From: a virus
Lineage: Duplodnaviria; Caudoviricetes
Virus record (IMG/VR): IMGVR_UViG_3300033062_001341
Coordinates: 1 to 64,000 of that record
DNA length: 64,000 bases
Direction: 5' to 3' (one strand)
Made by a program: the position numbers and the translations under genes. Shown piece by piece: positions 50,188 through 57,012 of this stretch. Each line of letters starts with the position of its first letter. The first letter of the stretch is position 1. The notes under the pieces are model-generated. The model was not told the origin of the DNA and did not search any database. It was given only the letters and a program-made list of their open reading frames with translations.

Positions 50188-50699
50188 TATATTCCTCTAA
50201 ATTCATTTTCACTTACGAAAGTAGCCATAATTGTTCTATAGAACGGTTTATATCCACCATAAGTATGTTTATTGTCTGACCTGACATATCCGTCATCAGC
50301 CACAACATAATATCTAACCCTGTCTTCTGTCTCATAATATCCGATATAATCCCCTTGGAATATTTCAATCCCTAAATCCTCAAGAGTTTTTTGATATATT
50401 GAAAACTTCATATTACCAGGCTCTTGTAACTCGACTTTTGAGTTACCAATAAGTTTGTGTTGTGGTGCCATGATTTGAACTAACCCTTTCAACTCAACAG
50501 GAGCTAAGAATTGTATACCGTCTTCCAACACCTCACCATAAACATCATCCGTTTTGGTTTTGTATCTATCAACTCTATAAAGAATAATTGTAAAGTTCAT
50601 ATCACCTAACAACCACTCCTCACCCATACCAATATCCAACGTATAATCCTCTCCACCGAAGAACTTACCTAAACGAGTAATAGGGACTAATTTTTCCAT
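50187..50699 (-). CDS. Head closure / neck protein (T4 gp14-like)
   Basis: Likely start MEKLVP at 50699; DDVYGEV...FLAPVELKG...IFQGDYIGY; coupled to the gp15-like gene. Confidence 0.65.
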   Translation of the reverse strand: MEKLVPITRLGKFFGGEDYTLDIGMGEEWLLGDMNFTIILYRVDRYKTKTDDVYGEVLEDGIQFLAPVELKGLVQIMAPQHKLIGNSKVELQEPGNMKFSIYQKTLEDLGIEIFQGDYIGYYETEDRVRYYVVADDGYVRSDNKHTYGGYKPFYRTIMATFVSENEFRGI

Positions 50700-50700
50700 A

Positions 50701-50729
50701 TTGATAAATACTTTAATTATAATTATATT
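50701..50729 (+). promoter_or_regulatory. Sigma70-type promoter TTGATA-N17-TATATT for the SET-SET-SNF2 operon; overlaps the minus-strand TATTTAT motif (50704-50710) of the gp14-like gene
   Basis: -35 at 50701-50706, 17-nt spacer, -10 at 50724-50729; same architecture as the SSB promoter. Confidence 0.6.
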
Positions 50730-50745
50730 TAAAGTAAAATTTTTT

Positions 50746-51144
50746 ATGAGGATAAATCCACCAACCAAAATCTATGTTGAAAGTAGTCCAATTCACGGAC
50801 TTGGCGTTTTTGCGTCTGAAGATATTAACGAAGGAGAAATCTTGGAAGTCTGCCCCGTTATTGATATGGGTATGAGATTTGGTGACAATAGTCACATATT
50901 AATTGATTATAGGTTTAATTGGCCTCAAGGGGGAAATCCTTGGGAAAAACAAGTGGTGTCAACAGGATTTGCATTACTTTATAACCACAGTAGTACCCCA
51001 AACGCTGCGTGGAGGTCTAATCTTGAAAACAACACATTTGAATTTTATTCTATAAAAAATATAAAAGCGGGAGAAGAAGTCTTCGTATGGTATGGTGATA
51101 TCAACTATTGGAATGACGGAAGAACTCACACAAACGTTGTATAA
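50746..51144 (+). CDS. SET-domain protein (putative lysine methyltransferase) 1
   Basis: SPIHGLGVFASEDINEGE, LYNHSSTPNA, IKAGEEVFVWYG; likely start MRINPP at 50746. Confidence 0.9.
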   Translation: MRINPPTKIYVESSPIHGLGVFASEDINEGEILEVCPVIDMGMRFGDNSHILIDYRFNWPQGGNPWEKQVVSTGFALLYNHSSTPNAAWRSNLENNTFEFYSIKNIKAGEEVFVWYGDINYWNDGRTHTNVV

Positions 51145-51515
51145 TGAATATGAAAATTACCCCTCCATTAAAAATATATCTCAAGGATAGTCCTTTACAT
51201 AACTTAGGTGTTTTTTCTTCACAAAAAATTGAAAAGGGTGAAGTTATAGACATATGTCCTTTCATATCTTTTCCGCAAAGTTCTAAAGAAAAAATACCCG
51301 TTTTTTCAAACTATGCATTTTGTTATCCTCGTTCTGAGAATTGGACAACACATGCATTAGTTTTGGGATATGGTTCATACTATAACCATTCTGAGACACC
51401 GAGTGTTGATTGGAATACCAACGAAAATGACCGAACGTTCATCTTCTTTGCAATAAGAGATATTGATGAAGGTGAAGAATTATTCATAAACTATGGTAAC
51501 GGAAGTAATTTTTAA
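51144..51515 (+). CDS. SET-domain protein (putative lysine methyltransferase) 2
   Basis: SPLHNLGVFSSQKIEKGE, YYNHSETPSV, FAIRDIDEGEELFINYG; TAATG-coupled to SET 1. Confidence 0.9.
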   Translation: MNMKITPPLKIYLKDSPLHNLGVFSSQKIEKGEVIDICPFISFPQSSKEKIPVFSNYAFCYPRSENWTTHALVLGYGSYYNHSETPSVDWNTNENDRTFIFFAIRDIDEGEELFINYGNGSNF

Positions 51516-51516
51516 G

Positions 51517-53268
51517 ATGGAAGCGAGTTTAGAATCAAAAGCAATGTCTTTATTGGAATCTTATGAAGGTGCTAATAACTACCTCATTGAGCTTAAGAGG
51601 AAATCTCAACTAAATAAAAAGTTTTATCCAACAAGAAGTCAGTCCGAATATATTATAAACAATCACGACAAAACACCTAAGGTTGCTAAGAAGTGGGTGA
51701 TACTCGATGCTTATTTTGCACAAAGATTGGCTGACGATAAATTATACACCACAATACCTGAAAAAGTTTGGGTAGAGAAATTACTTGCGGACAAAGAAAA
51801 AGCGTTTCATATTTGGGGGAAAGTTTTTGAGAACGAGGAACTACATGACTTTTGGTTACCTAAAGCCGCTGTGATTAAAGATAACACAGTAAAAGATGTT
51901 CTTATCAACTATGAAAAATATTCTAAACGACCTCCACTATCTCATCAAAAAGAGGCAATCCAAAAGCTCGTTGAGAACAAGAAATATATTTTGGCTGATG
52001 ATATGGGTCTTGGTAAGACAACCTCAACTATCATAGCCGCTCTCGAAAGCGGTGCCAAAAAGATATTAATTATATGTCCTGCGAGTTTGAAGATAAACTG
52101 GCAAAGGGAGATTGAAAACTACACAGACAGAATCGTTTATATTTCTGAAGGAAAGAACTTCAGTAAAGAACACGACTTCGTTATTATTAATTACGATATT
52201 ATAAAAAATTTTCACAGTGTTAAAAAGAAATCTGAATCGCAAATTCTTGACTCCAATTTTGATTTGGTGGTTGTTGACGAAGCACACTATATTAAGAACG
52301 GTCAAGCACAAAGAACAAAACTAATTAACGACCTTGTGAAGAAAGTTGATAGACTTTGGTTGTTGACAGGTACACCAATGACCTCCAGACCAATGGACTA
52401 TTTCAATCTTTTAAGTTTGGTTGACTCACCTGTTGCGAAAAACTGGATGGCATACGCAATCAGATATTGTAGTGGATATCAATTCAATGCTGGTGGTAGA
52501 AAGATATGGAATGTTACGGGTGCCAGTAATCTTGAAGAACTAAGAGACAGAACCGCGGGTCTTACTTTAAGACGATTAAAAGAAGACGTTTTAGATTTAC
52601 CTGATAAGATTATCACACCAGTATATCTTAGACTGAAATCCAAAGCATACGAGGAGATTATGGGTGAATACTATGATTGGTACGACAAGAATCCCGACGA
52701 ATCCAAATCACTCACAGTTCAGTTTACAAAGTTAACTAAGATACGACAAGTAATTGCCGATGAGAAAATTACCCAAACAATTGAACTTGCCGAGAATATT
52801 ATCGAACAAGGAAAAAAGGTTATCATATTCTGTAACTTCACTGACTCACTATCTAAGATATGTGAACACTTCGGAAAGACGGCCGTTAGAGTCGACGGTT
52901 CAACGCCAAAACACGAAAGACAAAACGCTGTTGACCAATTTCAAGACAGTGAAAAAATTAAAGTGTTTGTTGGTAACATTAAAGCGGCAGGTGTTGGTCT
53001 AACATTAACCGCTGCTGAAGTAGTAATCTTTAATGACTTATCTTTTTTACCTTCAGATATGGCTCAGGCGGAAGATAGGGCATATCGATACGGTCAAAAA
53101 AATAATGTGTTAGTTTATTATCCAATATTCGATAACACTATTGAAGGTATAATCTATGATATTGTCAACGCTAAGAAAAAAGTCATAGCAACAGTAATGG
53201 GTGATAATCAAAACCCGTCAGATACCGCTGAAGAAATTTTAAATAAGATTAACAAACTAAGAAAATAA
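51517..53268 (+). CDS. SNF2/SWI2-family helicase (HARP/SMARCAL1-like)
   Basis: LADDMGLGKT, VVVDEAH, LLTGTP, RRLKEDVL, AAGVGLTLTAA, QAEDRAYRYGQ; likely start MEASL at 51517. Confidence 0.92.
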   Translation: MEASLESKAMSLLESYEGANNYLIELKRKSQLNKKFYPTRSQSEYIINNHDKTPKVAKKWVILDAYFAQRLADDKLYTTIPEKVWVEKLLADKEKAFHIWGKVFENEELHDFWLPKAAVIKDNTVKDVLINYEKYSKRPPLSHQKEAIQKLVENKKYILADDMGLGKTTSTIIAALESGAKKILIICPASLKINWQREIENYTDRIVYISEGKNFSKEHDFVIINYDIIKNFHSVKKKSESQILDSNFDLVVVDEAHYIKNGQAQRTKLINDLVKKVDRLWLLTGTPMTSRPMDYFNLLSLVDSPVAKNWMAYAIRYCSGYQFNAGGRKIWNVTGASNLEELRDRTAGLTLRRLKEDVLDLPDKIITPVYLRLKSKAYEEIMGEYYDWYDKNPDESKSLTVQFTKLTKIRQVIADEKITQTIELAENIIEQGKKVIIFCNFTDSLSKICEHFGKTAVRVDGSTPKHERQNAVDQFQDSEKIKVFVGNIKAAGVGLTLTAAEVVIFNDLSFLPSDMAQAEDRAYRYGQKNNVLVYYPIFDNTIEGIIYDIVNAKKKVIATVMGDNQNPSDTAEEILNKINKLRK

Positions 53269-53280
53269 ATTTTTTTGTGG

Positions 53281-53287
53281 TATTTAT
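53281..53287 (+). promoter_or_regulatory. TATTTAT(A) putative late promoter motif
   Basis: 5 nt upstream of the HNH gene ATG at 53293. Confidence 0.5.
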
Positions 53288-53292
53288 AATAG

Positions 53293-53967
53293 ATGACAGA
53301 GCACAAAATATGTAGTAAATGTTCAATTCTTAAATCGTCTGATGATTTTTATAAAAATAAAAATTCAAAAGATGGGTTAAGGTCAAGTTGTATTAAATGT
53401 GGTAATGATTATAAGTCATCTAATGAAAGTAAAATTAAAGAACAGATTAAAGAATATAATAAAAAAAGAAAAGAACAAAAAAAGGAATGGGCTAACAAAA
53501 ATAAAACTAAAGTTAATGAAAGTCGAAAAAAGTGGTTATTAGATAATAAAGAACAAAGGTCTGATTATTTAAAAATATACAATAAAAAATATTACGATGA
53601 AAATAAAATAATTCGTTTAGAATATTCCAAACAAAAACAAAAAGAGTATCGTAAAATAAATCCACTATACAGAATAAAATCAAACTTAAGAAGAAGAATA
53701 AATAGATACTTAAAATCTAAATCAAAATCAACTGAGGATATATTGGGGATAACTTATTTAAATTTTATATTATATCTCGAAAATAAATTCACAGAAGGAA
53801 TGACTTTAGATAAATTAGGAAAAGATATCCATATAGACCACATAACCCCATTATCGTCCGCAAAAACAGAAGAAGAAATTTATAAATTATGCCATTATAC
53901 AAATCTACAACCACTATGGGCGAAAGATAATTTGGTAAAATCAAACAAACCGGATTATTTATTATAA
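53293..53967 (+). CDS. Free-standing HNH endonuclease (homing-endonuclease-like)
   Basis: N-terminal CSKC...KDGLRSSCIKC, a basic repeat-like linker, and C-terminal IHIDHITPLSS...CHYTNLQPLWAKDNLVKSNK; very A-rich DNA. Confidence 0.85.
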   Translation: MTEHKICSKCSILKSSDDFYKNKNSKDGLRSSCIKCGNDYKSSNESKIKEQIKEYNKKRKEQKKEWANKNKTKVNESRKKWLLDNKEQRSDYLKIYNKKYYDENKIIRLEYSKQKQKEYRKINPLYRIKSNLRRRINRYLKSKSKSTEDILGITYLNFILYLENKFTEGMTLDKLGKDIHIDHITPLSSAKTEEEIYKLCHYTNLQPLWAKDNLVKSNKPDYLL

Positions 53968-53981
53968 GATAGTCCAATAAT

Positions 53982-55520
53982 ATGAACAAAATAGAAAAGA
54001 AGATTCAACTTACGGAAAACAAGATACTCGAATCAAAAGTTGAAGAACAAGCCAATCAGTTAATTACTGAAATGAAAAAAATTGGAATAGAAAAATTACC
54101 CTATTCCTACTCAGCCCTCAAACAATTCATTGATGCAGAAACAATGAACTTTCACTACAACAAACACTATAAAGGTTATGTAGACAAGTTAAACAGTGCA
54201 TTATCAAAGAAAGAATACGGGGATGTAGAGCTAGAACAAATTATCAAAACGATAAGTAGGTTCGATAAGTCAATAAGAAACAACGCAGGTGGGGCATTTA
54301 ACCACGCTTTGTTTTGGAATATGTTGACCCCAACTCCAAAGAAATTAGAAGGCGACCTTTACAAGAAAATCATAAAAGACTTTGGTAGTTTTCCCGCATT
54401 TAAGAAAAAGTTCGAAGCTGTTGCCAAAGATAGATTTGGTTCGGGTTGGGTATGGTTGGTGTTAACAACAAGAAATACTTTGAAAATAATGTCGACACCT
54501 AATCAAGACAATCCATTGATGAATGTTATTGAAGGGGGTGGGTTTCCTCTTTTAGGTTTGGACTTATGGGAACACGCATATTATCTAAAGTATAGAAATA
54601 AAAGAGACGAATATATTGCAAACTTTTGGAAAGTTGTGAATTGGGATTTTGTGACTAAGATGTACGAAATGAAGACTAAGACAAAATTGGCCGAGTCTGC
54701 ACAATTAAAACAACTTATGTCTGAAGCAAAATCTGAAGCATGCTCACCTGAAGAAACCGATTTTTATAGAAAAATATTCAATACTCATAAGGAAATTGAA
54801 ACAAAATATAGAGCAGGTATTGAAAGAATATTAATTGAAGTGTTCAGTGACTTGTATGTTGATAATCCACCAGAAGGTGAATTACCGGGAATATTCAATT
54901 TAGAAAGTGAAGGAAGGTCCGTTATTAACAAATTGAACACAAACTATACAACATTCTGTATCTTACTTAACGACATCAATCAAGTAATAAAAACAATTGA
55001 TGGTAAAAAACCAATTGTGTTTAAAGGTAAAACACCTAAAGAACAAGTTAAAGAAGTTGAAAGATTTGTTAATGCGTTAGACTATTTCAAATATAGAATT
55101 TTTGACACCAAGAGTTCGACCTTTGTAAACATAATGAAGACTCTCGAAGATAAAAATGCAATGGGTGATAAAAGAGAAGAAGTCACGGCAGCAATATTGA
55201 GAAGATTTTTTGGTAAAGATGTCAAAATAGAACAAGTTGGTAAGTTAGGTAGTAAAGAAGATGCGTTATCAGGAATAGATTTGAAGTTAACAAGTGGAGG
55301 TAAAACAGAAACGGCACAAGTCAAACCATTCAAAGTTAAAATTGTTGATGAAAAAAAAGGAACTATTATCCTTCTTGGTACAGGTAAAGTTAAACCATAC
55401 TATACCGATTTATTGATTTTCCAAAAAGGAAAAAACGTTTTGGTGTTTAATCAAAAACCTAAAATTATTGGGGGTAACTATGTATTTACAATTGATGCCT
55501 TGAAGCTAAATATAGAATAA
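53982..55520 (+). CDS. sodA: Fe/Mn superoxide dismutase (probably Mn-type) fused to a C-terminal PD-(D/E)XK-like domain
   Basis: All four metal ligands are present: TMNFHYNKHY, NNAGGAFNHALFW, LGLDLWEHAYYLKY; also STPNQDNP. An extra about 270 aa follows, containing GDKREE...DALSGIDLKL...TAQVKPF. Confidence 0.85.
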   Translation: MNKIEKKIQLTENKILESKVEEQANQLITEMKKIGIEKLPYSYSALKQFIDAETMNFHYNKHYKGYVDKLNSALSKKEYGDVELEQIIKTISRFDKSIRNNAGGAFNHALFWNMLTPTPKKLEGDLYKKIIKDFGSFPAFKKKFEAVAKDRFGSGWVWLVLTTRNTLKIMSTPNQDNPLMNVIEGGGFPLLGLDLWEHAYYLKYRNKRDEYIANFWKVVNWDFVTKMYEMKTKTKLAESAQLKQLMSEAKSEACSPEETDFYRKIFNTHKEIETKYRAGIERILIEVFSDLYVDNPPEGELPGIFNLESEGRSVINKLNTNYTTFCILLNDINQVIKTIDGKKPIVFKGKTPKEQVKEVERFVNALDYFKYRIFDTKSSTFVNIMKTLEDKNAMGDKREEVTAAILRRFFGKDVKIEQVGKLGSKEDALSGIDLKLTSGGKTETAQVKPFKVKIVDEKKGTIILLGTGKVKPYYTDLLIFQKGKNVLVFNQKPKIIGGNYVFTIDALKLNIE

Positions 55521-55532
55521 ACCTTTTCAATA

Positions 55533-55539
55533 TATTTAT
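55533..55539 (+). promoter_or_regulatory. TATTTAT putative late promoter motif
   Basis: 5 nt upstream of the ATG at 55545. Confidence 0.5.
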
Positions 55540-55544
55540 TAGAT

Positions 55545-56672
55545 ATGTCAGTAATTCCAGAACCAGAAAGGTCGAAAATATACACTAGAGTCAAACACTT
55601 ATTAGGTGCTCCTTTAAGAAGTGTTGAGGTAGAAGATGAAATGATGGATTCACTTATGGAACTATCTATTCAAGATTATGAAGAATACATTCTTCAGTGG
55701 TTAATTGATAGTCAATGGGTTAACTTAGTTAATCTTAACATGAGTGAAAAATCTGTTGCTAAAGCTCTTGTTACTAGAACAATGGATTTTGAACAACAAT
55801 TCGCATATTCATATTCTAAAATCGTAGGACTTCAAACAATGGGTCCTTGGGTTTTAAAGAAAGATTATTTCATACTTGAAAAAAATAGACAAAACTACGA
55901 AATTCCTGCGGGTCGTGAGGTTAATGAACTTTTATGGTTTAGTAATCAACCATGGAACGCATTTGGATTAGGTGGTGTTGGTGGATTTGGTATGGGTGGT
56001 ATTGGATTAGGTGCCAGTGAAGCAGGTTATGCTCAAATGGGATACCAAGGTTCTTATTTTATGATGTCAGGTTTTGATTATCTAATAAGAATGCAAGAGG
56101 CGAATATCCTTAATAGAATTTTGGGTGGTTCATTAACTTATAGAATAACAGGATTACCTGATGGTAAAAAGAATGTTTTCTTATACAATACACCAGGAGG
56201 AAGATTCAACTGGAATCAATATAGTGATTACGAAGGAAAAGCTGTTTGGTATTGGTATTATGACGTAGGTCCTGATGATAGAGCCGCTTGTTTAAAGGCA
56301 AATAAAGACATTATCAAACTACCAACAGACGTACCATTAGAAGAGCTCACTTGGGAAGAATTAAACGTTCCTGGTAAACAATGGGTTAGAAGATGGTTCA
56401 CCGCATATGTTAAAGAAACATTAGCAAGAGTAAGAGGAAAGTATAGTGGAAATTTAAAAACACCAGACTCTGAAATTACTATGGATTATACAAGTTTATT
56501 AACCGAAGCGAAAGATGAAAAATCTAAATTGTTAGAAGAACTAATAGGAGCTGAAGGTTGGTTAACAAGATTGAGACCTGAAAAAGTAATGGAAAGAGAA
56601 GCATCAATTGCTGAAAACTTAAACAAACAAATGAAATTTAGAGCAATGCCTCGTCAAATTTACGTAATCTAA
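55545..56672 (+). CDS. Neck / head-tail adaptor protein (T4 gp13-like)
   Basis: RVKHLLGAPLRSVEVEDEMM...SIQDYEEY and WVRRWFTAYVKETLARVRGKY...LLTEAKDEKSKLLEEL. Confidence 0.8.
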   Translation: MSVIPEPERSKIYTRVKHLLGAPLRSVEVEDEMMDSLMELSIQDYEEYILQWLIDSQWVNLVNLNMSEKSVAKALVTRTMDFEQQFAYSYSKIVGLQTMGPWVLKKDYFILEKNRQNYEIPAGREVNELLWFSNQPWNAFGLGGVGGFGMGGIGLGASEAGYAQMGYQGSYFMMSGFDYLIRMQEANILNRILGGSLTYRITGLPDGKKNVFLYNTPGGRFNWNQYSDYEGKAVWYWYYDVGPDDRAACLKANKDIIKLPTDVPLEELTWEELNVPGKQWVRRWFTAYVKETLARVRGKYSGNLKTPDSEITMDYTSLLTEAKDEKSKLLEELIGAEGWLTRLRPEKVMEREASIAENLNKQMKFRAMPRQIYVI

Positions 56673-56676
56673 TTTT

Positions 56677-57012
56677 ATGGCAATAGTAAAAACAATACCT
56701 TCGAGAAGAATTATAAACGGGATGCAAATCACAACATCCGAAATCTCAGTGGTTTCCGAATTAGATTATCGTACAAACGGTGAATCGTGTGTTATTGTAA
56801 CTGGTATACCTTTTTCAGTTGTTATACTTGATTCACGAACAACTGACCATGTCGTAGTCAAGTCTATGACACAACTCACAATCAGACCCGACACGGGTAA
56901 GATTGATGAGGATTACGATGAAATAGTAATGGACAGATATGCCTGTGTTGAATTTAGATTTGTCGGTGGTACTTGGTATATCTTATCAAGCGATGGTTTG
57001 AAAAACTCCTAA
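56677..57012 (+). CDS. Hypothetical protein (111 aa, beta-rich)
   Basis: Follows the neck gene by 4 nt; convergent 3' overlap with the DNA polymerase gene. Confidence 0.65.
   Translation: MAIVKTIPSRRIINGMQITTSEISVVSELDYRTNGESCVIVTGIPFSVVILDSRTTDHVVVKSMTQLTIRPDTGKIDEDYDEIVMDRYACVEFRFVGGTWYILSSDGLKNS

Noticed and set aside
17898-50699. Bacterial extracellular contractile injection system (eCIS/T6SS) rather than phage
   Set aside because: Neck genes, DNA polymerase, helicase, SSB, RNR and phage-type promoters are interleaved, and no host housekeeping genes are present.
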